IMG/VR virus record: IMGVR_UViG_3300008117_007749 | Direction: 5' to 3' (one strand) | DNA length: 64,000 nt | Source: a virus | Shown: piece after piece, positions 18,638 to 28,468 of the stretch | Numbering within the stretch: position 1 is the stretch's first letter | Layout: each line of letters starts with the position of its first letter | The notes under the pieces: generated by a model | Seen by the model: the letters and a program-made list of their open reading frames with translations, nothing else | Told to the model about the DNA's origin: nothing | Database searches by the model: none | Position numbers and translations under genes: made by a program

Positions 18638-21324
18638 ACCATCAATACAGTTCCAGAAGTACCAGAAGTACCGGACGTACCATCAGTTCCAGAAGTACCG
18701 GACGTGCCATCAGTTCCAGAAGTACCAGAAGTACCGGACGTGCCATCAGTTCCAGAAGTACCAGAAGTACCAGATGTGCCGTCAGTTCCGGAAGTACCAG
18801 ATGTACCGTCAGTTCCATTATTTCCTGTCGATCCAGTAGGACCAACAAGAGAACTAACTTCCCATCTACTATTTAAATCATTCCATGCTAAAACTTGACC
18901 ATTCGAAGGAGTTCCGGATATATAAACATCATGTATTTCATTCAATTCATAACCATTTTGAGGTTTTACAAATAATTCTCCGTTTCCATTATTTGCTCTC
19001 AAAACAACACCAACAAATACCAAGTGTTGAGGAGCCTGAGCTTTATATGTTGTGAAAGTTCCTGCAGTTGCGCCCAACCAAACAACATCACCAGTGGAAT
19101 AAGAACCTAAATTCAAATTAGTTAAAACTCCTTGTGTAATACAATATCCAATTTGACTTGACAAAATATTCTCAGCCACAATACCTAACGTCTTAGCTGA
19201 TGTAGCATCACTTAGATTGAAAGCTCTTTTGACTTTTATTTTATCACCTTGCGCCCCCGAAATATAAACAACTTCACCTTTTACCAAAGTGTCTACTTCA
19301 CCGTTAAAAACTTGAGCATATTGAGCTTGACCAACAGGAACATTTACATTACCTCCTGTAAGACCTACATTAAGAGTTCCATAGTCACTATTCCAACTTA
19401 TTCTACCCGGTAGTTGCACTACAGCATCTTGTCTAAAATCAATATAATCAACATATCCACCTGAAAAAGTAGCAAATGTTAGATTAGCGTATGTAAAATT
19501 TCCCTGCGATGCAGTAATTCTATTTAATCTTAAATCAGAATATCCTGATATGTTAACATTACCAGTAACAGTTGAAGGATCATTAGTAGATATAAGAGCA
19601 AATTCGTCACTAGACTCATCCCAAATAAAAGACTGTGTTTGACTTGAACCTCTGTTTATAAATAAACCAGAATCCAAAGTAGGTGTTCCTGTTTGTGTTC
19701 CAGCTAAAAGTATAATAGGGTCCTGAACAAATAAGTTTTGAGTATTTATAACAGATGACGTTCCTGATACAGTAAAACTTCCAGTAACAACTAAGTCACC
19801 ATATACAGATAAAGTATCACCATCAAATGTTAAATTAGATTCAACAGTCGCATTTGGAGCAGAACCATTTAAAGTAATAACACCATTATCTGTAGAACCA
19901 GTCAAAGAAAGTAATCCGGATGTTCCGGAAGTACCAGAGGTTCCATCAGTACCGGAAGTACCAGAGGTTCCATCAGTACCGGAAGTACCAGAGGTTCCAT
20001 CAGTACCGGAAGTACCAGAGGTTCCATCAGTACCGGAAGTACCAGAGGTTCCAGTACCGGAAGTACCAGAGGTTCCATCAGTACCAGAGGTTCCAGAAGT
20101 ACCTGAAACACCACTACCAGATGCGCTAATTAAAACGTCAATTCTTGAATTTAAACTAGAATCAGTTACCGTTACAGTTGATCCACTTCCTGATATAAAA
20201 TTTATTACGCTTCTACTACCAACTAAAACACCATTTGATTGAACAGAAATACTCGTATTAGCAACCGGAGTACCAATACCACCAACCAAATACACTTCGT
20301 CCAACAATGCTTCAACATAGTTAGCTGAAGGATTTCCTGAAAATCCTATCAATATATTATTGACATTATTTGAACCACCATTTGACGTTAAAGCATTTAC
20401 CGCGGAACCAAAATAACTTAAAGGCAAAACACATAGTTGCCAAGTTCCTGTAGTTGTTCTAGAAACACCACCATTAGTGAACGGATAAGCATAGGATCCA
20501 ACATTTGTATTTCCATTTCTCCATATCACTCTCATAGTCTTTGTATTAAGAACCGCGGAAGGAAAATAAACTCTAAAGACTAAATAGGAATAATCTTTTA
20601 ATAAAATAGATGAGTTGTTGGTCCACTTAACAGATGTTGTTTTATTCAATATCACTCTTGTTGAATAGGTACCTTGAAAAGGTACAATTCCCGTATATTG
20701 AAAATCGACAGAACTTGTACCTAAAGAAGTACTGAATGTTCCACCAGTCCAATAATCATCGTCTTGATAAATATACTCTGAAGATGTAACACCAGAAACA
20801 GGAACTGTTGAATTTTCAGAGATACTAACATATTGTACTAATAGTTGTTCATCAGGTATTGAAGGAGTAACTGGATCAGGCGTAGCATCTCCTTGTAAAA
20901 CACTAATCAATCCTTCCTCATCAACAACAATCGCGTCAAATCTTGAATAAGTCGGGTCTCCGTCACTAAGAGACACTGAAGTAGGACCAGCTGTTAAAAT
21001 TGGCCCTGTAAAAGTATACTGTAAAGTACTAACTGAAAAAGTTAAACCAACTCCACTCCATATCGCACCTCCTGATAATAACTGTTTCGTAAAGGGAATT
21101 TGAGTTTGTTGCCAAGTTGCATTTCCAAAAGAATCTGATGTTAAAACATAACCAGGTAATTGATTACCGTCAATAAATTGAAGAGAACCATCTACTATTA
21201 GTTTATTAGAACTATGTTCCCAACGTAAATTGTCAAAGTTTTCACTAACAACACTGTTAGTGCCCAGAAAAAGTATAGAACCTTGAGAAGCTCCTCTTAT
21301 TTGTTTAGTTTTTATTTGAGCCAT
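18565..21324 (-). CDS. Fibre protein with GTS repeats (N-terminal part; last ~30 aa look out of frame)
   Basis: [10 protein letters not shown] start, GTDGTSGTS tracts, [12 protein letters not shown] module, LNEIHDV...NGQVLAW fibre motif. Confidence 0.8.
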   Translation of the reverse strand: MAQIKTKQIRGASQGSILFLGTNSVVSENFDNLRWEHSSNKLIVDGSLQFIDGNQLPGYVLTSDSFGNATWQQTQIPFTKQLLSGGAIWSGVGLTFSVSTLQYTFTGPILTAGPTSVSLSDGDPTYSRFDAIVVDEEGLISVLQGDATPDPVTPSIPDEQLLVQYVSISENSTVPVSGVTSSEYIYQDDDYWTGGTFSTSLGTSSVDFQYTGIVPFQGTYSTRVILNKTTSVKWTNNSSILLKDYSYLVFRVYFPSAVLNTKTMRVIWRNGNTNVGSYAYPFTNGGVSRTTTGTWQLCVLPLSYFGSAVNALTSNGGSNNVNNILIGFSGNPSANYVEALLDEVYLVGGIGTPVANTSISVQSNGVLVGSRSVINFISGSGSTVTVTDSSLNSRIDVLISASGSGVSGTSGTSGTDGTSGTSGTGTSGTSGTDGTSGTSGTDGTSGTSGTDGTSGTSGTDGTSGTSGTSGLLSLTGSTDNGVITLNGSAPNATVESNLTFDGDTLSVYGDLVVTGSFTVSGTSSVINTQNLFVQDPIILLAGTQTGTPTLDSGLFINRGSSQTQSFIWDESSDEFALISTNDPSTVTGNVNISGYSDLRLNRITASQGNFTYANLTFATFSGGYVDYIDFRQDAVVQLPGRISWNSDYGTLNVGLTGGNVNVPVGQAQYAQVFNGEVDTLVKGEVVYISGAQGDKIKVKRAFNLSDATSAKTLGIVAENILSSQIGYCITQGVLTNLNLGSYSTGDVVWLGATAGTFTTYKAQAPQHLVFVGVVLRANNGNGELFVKPQNGYELNEIHDVYISGTPSNGQVLAWNDLNSRWEVSSLVGPTGSTGNNGTDGTSGTSGTDGTSGTSGTSGTDGTSGTSGTSGTDGTSGTSGTDGTSGTSGTSGTVLMVCFLINPLQIIIIMFHLHLMIGFY

Positions 21325-21351
21325 TAATGACTAAATTTTTTTTATCTTTCT

Positions 21352-21361
21352 TATATATTAA
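21352..21361 (-). promoter_or_regulatory. Putative late promoter TTAATATATA
   Basis: Perfect motif. Confidence 0.7.
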
Positions 21362-21396
21362 ATTGAAATTGCCTATTTTGAAAAACCGACTTAAAC

Positions 21397-21438
21397 CAAA
21401 CAAAAAAAGACCTTAAAGTAAGGTCTTTTTTTTGTTTG
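21397..21438. terminator. Rho-independent terminator
   Basis: CAAACAAAAAAAGACCTTA-aag-TAAGGTCTTTTTTTTGTTTG. Confidence 0.85.
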
Positions 21439-21448
21439 AATTTTATAA

Positions 21449-23674
21449 TTAAACCTCATAAACTATTTCAATAATATCGGTGGATGATAAATCAAATCCA
21501 GCCACTGTTCCATTCCAATAAAGTTGATCTCCAGATATCAAATTATTAAGAGCAATCGGTGTTGATGGAGCAGTTCCAAAATAACAGTCTTTTGTTGCAA
21601 CATTATCTCCTAATCTTTGTTTCTGACCATTAACATAGACTTCAATTCTAGAATAATCATTTGGTGTTGAACTTAAAGTAACTCCTGTTACAATTGCATC
21701 ATCACCAGTAGTTAATACAGCAACAAACTCGTTATATACAGGCTGTGATGAACCAGAGACTACCGACAATACTCCAGCAGAGAAAGTCAGACCCGTACCA
21801 GCAATTGTTGGAGAAACATCTAAAGTAATAAATCCTGAGGTACCTCCTCCTGATAATCCATTACCTGCAGTCACACCAGTGATAAAATCAGCGTTTATCA
21901 CAGCAACCGCATCATCTACATACTTTTTTGTAATTAAAGAGTTATTTACAAATGTAGATGAGTAATCAGATGTATAAACCAAACCTTGAAGACTTGATGT
22001 TGTAATAGAACCGGTTGCAGTAGATACTGTAAATTCATTCGTTGAAATGATATCCACACTTCCGGTAGCAAATAATGTCACATCACCACCATAAAGATCA
22101 ATAGTTCCTCCGTTACCAGCATCTACTAAGAATAATCCATTATCCAATTGAATATCAATAACCGAACCAGTAAGAGTTAATATGTCAAAGTCTTGAATAG
22201 TTAAATCATAATTAGATCCACTAATTGTAGTGTTTTGTGAAAAAGTTCCACCCAATCCAATTACACCTGGACTTAATTCTTGTATTCCGTTATCCGTGCC
22301 AACATTGGATGTCACACTATCAACATATTGTTTTGTAACAAGTGAATTATCCGTAAAACTACCAGTATAATCACCTGCATAAACCGCTCCTTTTCCTAGT
22401 GTGTCTGTAATTACTATTCTATTATCGGTAGATCCGTCACTAACACTAATAGTTGATGTATTTATTTCAATCTGAAACTGAGAACCAACATTTGGATCAG
22501 TAGAAAGAAGTTTAATTTGTCCTTGATTCACAGCAACGAATGAATACGTACCACCAGCATACGTAGATGATAATTCAACACCGTAACCTGATTGTGCATT
22601 AAGATCTAAAGTTGTGGTGTAATCTCCATTAAAATTATCTAAATGTAAAGTACCAACTCCAGTAACTCCTAAGTTAATATTATTTGCATCTGATAAACTA
22701 AAATCATTTCCATTTGCTTCTATTGTAGTATTCTGTGAGAGTGTTCCTCCCAATTGAACTGTGTCAGAAATAATTTCTAATCCATTACCAATATTAACAG
22801 AAAGCGTTCCACCATTTTCTGATAAACCATCACCAGCTAGTGATGTTGCAAATCCAGTATCAATACTTATCTGTGTTCCATTTTGTGTAAGTCCTGTTCC
22901 TGTAATTGTAACATAATCTAAAGAAACCGTTGCGCCGTCTTTAACAAGTCCTGTTCCTGTATTCAACAGAATTGACACCTCAGAACCAGAAATACCAGCT
23001 GACCACAAATCGGTCGATTCGTTCCAGATTAAAGAAGCAGATGGCTCACTTCCTCTTATAACATCAATACCAGAATTTAGTATCGGAGAACCGGACCAAG
23101 TTGCGTTTAGTGTAATAATATTATCTTCAACTAGTACAGTTTGAGTTTGTATATATGATACTGTTCCATTTACATAAAAGTCACCATTTACAGTAACTGT
23201 ATCTTGGAAAGTTCTGTTACCCACAATCGTATCTTTTAATCTCAGAACATCACCTACTATCTCTAAAGAGTCAGCATTCACATTCACATCCAAAGTTGAA
23301 CCATTAGCAGTAAGTCCATTTCCAGCTATAGAAGAATCTAAAATAATATCATCTCCTGAAAAAGTTAATCCACTATTAACACCTAAATTAACATCTAAAG
23401 TGATGTAAGCAGAAGTTCCACCTCCCGATAGACCATTTCCAGCGGTAACTCCAGCTATCGAACCGGAACCTAATAATGAAACAGCATCATCTACATATTT
23501 TTTATTAGCAACATCCTCATCCGTGTTGATATTTACAGATGCTTGAGTGATCGACGATCCAGTTGCAAAACTCATAGTCGCGGAAGCTGTAAATGTCACT
23601 AAACCACTATATCCCTTAAGCTTATCTAATGAGACTGATTGAATTTTTAATTGTTTTCCATCTAATTGAGCCAT
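21449..23674 (-). CDS. Fibre/virion structural protein with AGNGL and KxYVD repeats
   Basis: GVTAGNGLSGGGTS twice; VANKKYVDD, SLVTKQYVD, SLITKKYVDD; C-terminal domain shared with 23719..25320. Confidence 0.8.
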   Translation of the reverse strand: MAQLDGKQLKIQSVSLDKLKGYSGLVTFTASATMSFATGSSITQASVNINTDEDVANKKYVDDAVSLLGSGSIAGVTAGNGLSGGGTSAYITLDVNLGVNSGLTFSGDDIILDSSIAGNGLTANGSTLDVNVNADSLEIVGDVLRLKDTIVGNRTFQDTVTVNGDFYVNGTVSYIQTQTVLVEDNIITLNATWSGSPILNSGIDVIRGSEPSASLIWNESTDLWSAGISGSEVSILLNTGTGLVKDGATVSLDYVTITGTGLTQNGTQISIDTGFATSLAGDGLSENGGTLSVNIGNGLEIISDTVQLGGTLSQNTTIEANGNDFSLSDANNINLGVTGVGTLHLDNFNGDYTTTLDLNAQSGYGVELSSTYAGGTYSFVAVNQGQIKLLSTDPNVGSQFQIEINTSTISVSDGSTDNRIVITDTLGKGAVYAGDYTGSFTDNSLVTKQYVDSVTSNVGTDNGIQELSPGVIGLGGTFSQNTTISGSNYDLTIQDFDILTLTGSVIDIQLDNGLFLVDAGNGGTIDLYGGDVTLFATGSVDIISTNEFTVSTATGSITTSSLQGLVYTSDYSSTFVNNSLITKKYVDDAVAVINADFITGVTAGNGLSGGGTSGFITLDVSPTIAGTGLTFSAGVLSVVSGSSQPVYNEFVAVLTTGDDAIVTGVTLSSTPNDYSRIEVYVNGQKQRLGDNVATKDCYFGTAPSTPIALNNLISGDQLYWNGTVAGFDLSSTDIIEIVYEV

Positions 23675-23700
23675 ATTTTAGTTTCTTTTTTTTATTTTAT

Positions 23701-23710
23701 TATATATTAA
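23701..23710 (-). promoter_or_regulatory. Putative late promoter TTAATATATA
   Basis: Perfect motif. Confidence 0.7.
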
Positions 23711-23718
23711 TTTTAAAT

Positions 23719-25320
23719 TTAAATTCTTTCATAAATCATATCGATTGAGTCTAATGATATTAGATCGAATCCAGAGTTGAATCCATTCCAATAGAGCTCA
23801 TCACCTAAATCAACAGAGAATATTGTTTTTGCGGTTAATCCCCCATCATTCGAAAAATAACAATCAACATTAGAAGCTGTGGAATTTTGACCATCACCTA
23901 AATTTTGTAATTGACCATTAACATAAATGGATAATCTTGAATAATCATTTGGACTATAGTTTATTGTCAAACCAGTAGGTTGAAAATTCTGACCAATCAA
24001 TGTACCTAATGGAGATAAATTAATTTGAGAATACTCAGGTTGTGCTAATGCTGAGCTTGGTACCCATTGAAAATAACCCATTGAATCCACTGATAAAAAA
24101 TAACCAGCGGTCGCTCCCCCATTACTACCTGAATCCAATTTAAACGTGTTAATTGATGAGTTCTTAACTTCAGCTGAAACCGAAGGACCAAAGATTGTAT
24201 TAGATTGTGAAAAGGAAATAGTATTAGTGTCATTAAATGATGTGGTCATTCCACTACCTGAAAAATTAATTAAAGATAATTGTCCATAATTTGAAAATGT
24301 ACCACCACTCAAAATCATTGATCCATTTGCTATAACAACTTGACCATAATTAACAAGTGTTCCTTGTATAGTTAAGTCAGAATAAACCCAATATTGATAG
24401 TATGGCGGTACTACGATATAATCGTTTGGTTCCACTAAATACTTTACACTAAAAATATCATCATTTGTGTAAGGTCTTGATAATTGAAAATAAGTACCAT
24501 CAAAACAAACATTATAAATTAATGTTGTATCAATTTCATTAGGATTAAAATTGGATAGTCCGCTAGCAGATGGCCTTTTTACCAGTACCTCACCCAATCC
24601 GTTTATATTTAGCGAAACAGTCAATCCAATATTCGAGGTAGCAAACTGTGTCAAAAATAACACATCAGGATAATACTGATCTATAGAAGGTGTCATAGTA
24701 ACAGAATAGGATAAACCATTCGCAGTTGTAGCTACTATTGATCTAATTTGATTTAATTTTTCTTTAACCCAAGCACCTGTTGGGAAAACACCTTCATATC
24801 TATAAATTGAATTATCTTCATCATCGACTCTTACCGACATCCCATCCGTAGGAGTTGTCTGAATCCATTGATTAGTGACTGAATTCCATTCAACAACTTT
24901 ATCAGGTTGAAAAGAAGACCAATTAATTCCAGAAGGAGCATTTCCTAATAAGTATCTATCCCCTGAAGAAGGAGTAGGTTCTATATTTGAAATAGAAAGT
25001 ACAGAGTCAATCCATTCATTTCCACCACCTCCAGAAACACCTCCAGAAAATTCTTTCCAATTTGAATCATCTAAAATGTTAGTAGAAACATAATTATATG
25101 TTAATTGATAAGTTTTATTATTAGACGGAGTTGGATCACTATAAACAGTAACCATCATACCCCATTCTCTTCTTTCAAATATAATAGAATTTCTCTCTGC
25201 GATTGTAGCATAAGAATGAAGACCCCCTTTAATCTCTGAAGCATAAGCAGTAGCAATAGTATCCAGACTATCTACTGGTCTTATTGCTGCTGAAATTAAT
25301 GTTCCTGTATTTAATGCCAT
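23719..25320 (-). CDS. Virion structural protein with DUF2793-like segment
   Basis: SSGDRYLLG...VVEWN...GMSVRV; C-terminal PNDYSR...VNGQ...DCYF...LYWNG...GFDL domain. Confidence 0.7.
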   Translation of the reverse strand: MALNTGTLISAAIRPVDSLDTIATAYASEIKGGLHSYATIAERNSIIFERREWGMMVTVYSDPTPSNNKTYQLTYNYVSTNILDDSNWKEFSGGVSGGGGNEWIDSVLSISNIEPTPSSGDRYLLGNAPSGINWSSFQPDKVVEWNSVTNQWIQTTPTDGMSVRVDDEDNSIYRYEGVFPTGAWVKEKLNQIRSIVATTANGLSYSVTMTPSIDQYYPDVLFLTQFATSNIGLTVSLNINGLGEVLVKRPSASGLSNFNPNEIDTTLIYNVCFDGTYFQLSRPYTNDDIFSVKYLVEPNDYIVVPPYYQYWVYSDLTIQGTLVNYGQVVIANGSMILSGGTFSNYGQLSLINFSGSGMTTSFNDTNTISFSQSNTIFGPSVSAEVKNSSINTFKLDSGSNGGATAGYFLSVDSMGYFQWVPSSALAQPEYSQINLSPLGTLIGQNFQPTGLTINYSPNDYSRLSIYVNGQLQNLGDGQNSTASNVDCYFSNDGGLTAKTIFSVDLGDELYWNGFNSGFDLISLDSIDMIYERI

Positions 25321-25339
25321 CTAATTTTTATTTATATTT

Positions 25340-26350
25340 TTATGTTATTACTATATTTACTGGTGAATTATATCTAGTATTACTAACCCAAACCTCATAG
25401 TTAGTTATAAACCCAAAAGTGTTAGCTAACGGAGATGCGGTCCTTACATTAGTAAATGCTGTATTAATCATACCATTTACTGTAAAAACCGGGGTAGTTG
25501 ATTGTGATACAGTACTAGGCCAAGCAAATACTAAGTAATTACCACCACCATTAATATTATTATATGTTCTACTTTTATTTGTACTTAATATATTTCCAAA
25601 GGCTTGTCCATTTGCACCAGCACCGGTTAAATTTCTAATAGTAGAATCAATACAAACTGCGGTTACTAATGAAGAGGAACCTGGATTTGTGGTTAAATTG
25701 GGCTGCGAAGGAACTACAATATCTCCCCAATAAATTCGATTCATAAATGTCAATGACTGAGTAGAACTAGCACTTGATATTGCATCCGAGGCGGTCATAG
25801 AAAAATACTTTACCTCAGAAGGACCTACAGGTGACATACTATGAGTAGTAAAAATACCTGTAGCGACTCCAGATTGACTTAAACCAGTTGGAACAACCGG
25901 AGAACCATTAATTAGTATAGAAGTAATGTTGTTAGATCCACGCACCACATTCCAATTCAAAGAAACATTCATCGAAGACCCAAACTCCCTATCATTTAAA
26001 AGACCTATACCCGTAGAAGGTGAAACATAAGGATACAACATAGTATCAATAACATCCTGAACTGAACCAGAGAAAGTAGCTCCCGGTAAAATACCCCCAA
26101 TTGGAGAAGTTATAGTGGAGGGCGTTAATCCAATATAAGCAGAAGAAACAGTAAGACCACTGACAGACGAAGAAAACCCATCTAATCTAGCCCACAATGA
26201 ATAAATCGCATCACGGACATCACCCGCTCCAATTTCACCACCAGTATTATTCGGAATTTGAAGTAGCAATTCATCAACAGTAGAATATTGATAACTAAGA
26301 GTTATCGAAGCACTAGGACCCGGAACAGAATAAGTACCAACAAAAGCCAT
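25340..26350 (-). CDS. Virion structural protein (fibre cluster)
   Basis: Ser/Thr/Gly-rich beta composition; late promoter at 26371. Confidence 0.65.
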   Translation of the reverse strand: MAFVGTYSVPGPSASITLSYQYSTVDELLLQIPNNTGGEIGAGDVRDAIYSLWARLDGFSSSVSGLTVSSAYIGLTPSTITSPIGGILPGATFSGSVQDVIDTMLYPYVSPSTGIGLLNDREFGSSMNVSLNWNVVRGSNNITSILINGSPVVPTGLSQSGVATGIFTTHSMSPVGPSEVKYFSMTASDAISSASSTQSLTFMNRIYWGDIVVPSQPNLTTNPGSSSLVTAVCIDSTIRNLTGAGANGQAFGNILSTNKSRTYNNINGGGNYLVFAWPSTVSQSTTPVFTVNGMINTAFTNVRTASPLANTFGFITNYEVWVSNTRYNSPVNIVIT

Positions 26351-26370
26351 TTACAAAATATAGTTTTCTT

Positions 26371-26380
26371 TATATATTAA
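26371..26380 (-). promoter_or_regulatory. Putative late promoter TTAATATATA
   Basis: Perfect motif. Confidence 0.7.
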
Positions 26381-26452
26381 AAAAGAAAAATCTAATTATT
26401 CAAAAGCATTAAAAATAAAATTTATAGTAAGAGTATCATGATGTTTCATGAT

Positions 26453-27163
26453 TTAAGATAACCAGATGTAGTGACCTCTATTGAATCCATCATGTTGCCA
26501 CTCATCCCCTAAACAAACACTTATTAAATCACATAACTTATCTTTATTTAAAATTTCTGACAATTTTTCCTCTAATAAATCCTTTTTTACCAAATCATTA
26601 AATTTTATTTTGAGGTCATCAATTATGTCTATCTCTCTTTCAGACATTTCATCAACAATATGTTCTATTATATTATGTTTAATAACTTCAAATTCTTCTT
26701 CTGAGTAAATAATTATATTCCAATCGTCATTCTTCCAATCTTCAATCTTAAATTTGTGTTTATCCGAATCTATAACATCAATTGCGCTTAAATTAGTATC
26801 AAAATAATCAGCTAAAATTTTCTCCATTTCTATTCCAGCTTTATCTATACCCTTATAGAGACACTGCTTTAAATCTGATATTTTCCATTCGGTAGATTCT
26901 AATAAATTAAATGATTCAAATGTAATTACACCATCTGATTCCATATGTTTTCTATCTTCTATAATATCTTTAAGAATTCTATCAGAACCAGAAATATCTT
27001 TTAATTTATTTCTTTCTAAAAATTTATTAAATCTTTGACCACCTGGCTTAAGATAAGCACTTAATCTAGAAGGTCTAATTTTATGATTATCAATATAATC
27101 ATCCACCAAACCATTAATTAATTGATAGTATTTATTTGCGTCTTCTCTATTATTAATTGACAT
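26453..27163 (-). CDS. Hypothetical protein (internal ITFESFNLLES motif)
   Basis: 236-aa ORF overlapping the upstream gene. Confidence 0.7.
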   Translation of the reverse strand: MSINNREDANKYYQLINGLVDDYIDNHKIRPSRLSAYLKPGGQRFNKFLERNKLKDISGSDRILKDIIEDRKHMESDGVITFESFNLLESTEWKISDLKQCLYKGIDKAGIEMEKILADYFDTNLSAIDVIDSDKHKFKIEDWKNDDWNIIIYSEEEFEVIKHNIIEHIVDEMSEREIDIIDDLKIKFNDLVKKDLLEEKLSEILNKDKLCDLISVCLGDEWQHDGFNRGHYIWLS

Positions 27164-27461
27164 TTCCTTTATTTAATTTATATAAATCTATAAAGTCATC
27201 TTCATCTTTAGCTCTCTCGGATTCTAAATCCTGAAAATCATCTTCTTCTAGTCTATCACCAACAGTTTCATACCACTCGTCTTTACTTAACTCCTCAATT
27301 TCGTTAGATTGGCAAAATTTACAATCATTGGATTCTTGATTAAGTTGTTTCCAAAGAGCATTACACTCATCACAATGATAATAAAGTGTTAAGTCAGCCT
27401 TTGATGCGACTGGTAGCGTTTGACTAAAATCAAAAGTTTCAAATTTCCTGATATACTTCAT
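27153..27461 (-). CDS. Zn-ribbon protein with capsid-targeting-like leader
   Basis: MKYIRKFETF; CDEC...CKFC. Confidence 0.7.
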   Translation of the reverse strand: MKYIRKFETFDFSQTLPVASKADLTLYYHCDECNALWKQLNQESNDCKFCQSNEIEELSKDEWYETVGDRLEEDDFQDLESERAKDEDDFIDLYKLNKGNVN

Positions 27462-27537
27462 ACTATCTATATATAAATTTTATTTTTATTATTTTTTCAT
27501 ATTGAATTTAGAGAATGATATATTAATATATAATTAC

Positions 27538-28440
27538 ATGAACTTAAAGCAATTAAAAGACTTTTATAATAAAAAACCTGTAGAATTTGTAATTAAAGAA
27601 CATTATGATTTGATAGAGAATCAAGAGTTTATTCCAAGATTTTCCTTAAAGAATGTAAAGGATATCAATAATATTCCAATTAATAAACCTATTAAATATT
27701 CAGATGATTTAATGTCAAAGGCGATAAAGTATGGAATGATCTTTTTAATTAACTATAAGGGAGAAGAAGACAAACATTTTGCAGGTCACGAAAGAGTAAT
27801 TTATCCAATGGTTTTAGGACGCTCATCAAAAGGCAAAACGTTACTAAGAGGATGGCATTTAAATGGATGGTCAGTATCTCAAAGAAGACATATAAATAAA
27901 ATTTGGAGACTTTTTAGAACAGATAGAATACTTTCTATGACCTTTACAGGTTCTTTTTATAGATTACCTCCTTCTGGATATAATATGAATGATAAGGGAA
28001 TGCGTGGTGGAATCATAACACGAGCTGACTTTAATGAGATTAGAAGAAACCAACAAAACTTAGTGAATCAAAATAAAATTCAAAATAGAGAAGAAGTGGA
28101 AATGGGAGCAGAGGAAAGAAAATTTGCTTCAATTGTTGTTAAAGAAACCGGAACTCAATTAGATTTGAAAAATGCCTTAGAAAACTCCTATATTAATAAC
28201 TTAAAAGATACAGAAGGACTGAGATTATCTTTTCTTAAAAGTGTATATGGAACTAAATATGTAGCGATTTTAGGAGCTCTCGGCCAACCAGGAAACACCG
28301 TAAAAGTTACTACAGATAAGAATCAAAATCTAGGAGTATTCAAAGTATTAGACTCAATAACAGGAAAAGTACTGAAAAGTATTAAAAATGTGAAGGGTAA
28401 TTCAGTATATGATCTTTACCTTTTTGATAAGAAAGTATAA
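27538..28440 (+). CDS. WYL-domain-like protein
   Basis: INYKG...ERVIYPMVLG...LLRGW...WRLFRTDRI; ATG at 27538 follows TTAATATATA at 27523. Confidence 0.7.
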   Translation: MNLKQLKDFYNKKPVEFVIKEHYDLIENQEFIPRFSLKNVKDINNIPINKPIKYSDDLMSKAIKYGMIFLINYKGEEDKHFAGHERVIYPMVLGRSSKGKTLLRGWHLNGWSVSQRRHINKIWRLFRTDRILSMTFTGSFYRLPPSGYNMNDKGMRGGIITRADFNEIRRNQQNLVNQNKIQNREEVEMGAEERKFASIVVKETGTQLDLKNALENSYINNLKDTEGLRLSFLKSVYGTKYVAILGALGQPGNTVKVTTDKNQNLGVFKVLDSITGKVLKSIKNVKGNSVYDLYLFDKKV

Positions 28441-28468
28441 ATTCATTTATAATTTTAATATATAAATC

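Noticed and set aside
18630-18655. Programmed -1 frameshift
   Set aside because: No canonical slippery heptamer and the junction appears to lack part of a domain; kept only as a possible deletion or artefact
14969-20129. Many ORFs rich in VP/EV or LVHP/LLEL repeats
   Set aside because: Antisense and alternate-frame shadows of the stop-poor GTS repeats
12725-21324. Diversity-generating retroelement acting on fibre tips
   Set aside because: No reverse transcriptase and no TR/VR pair with adenine-specific mismatches seen in the window
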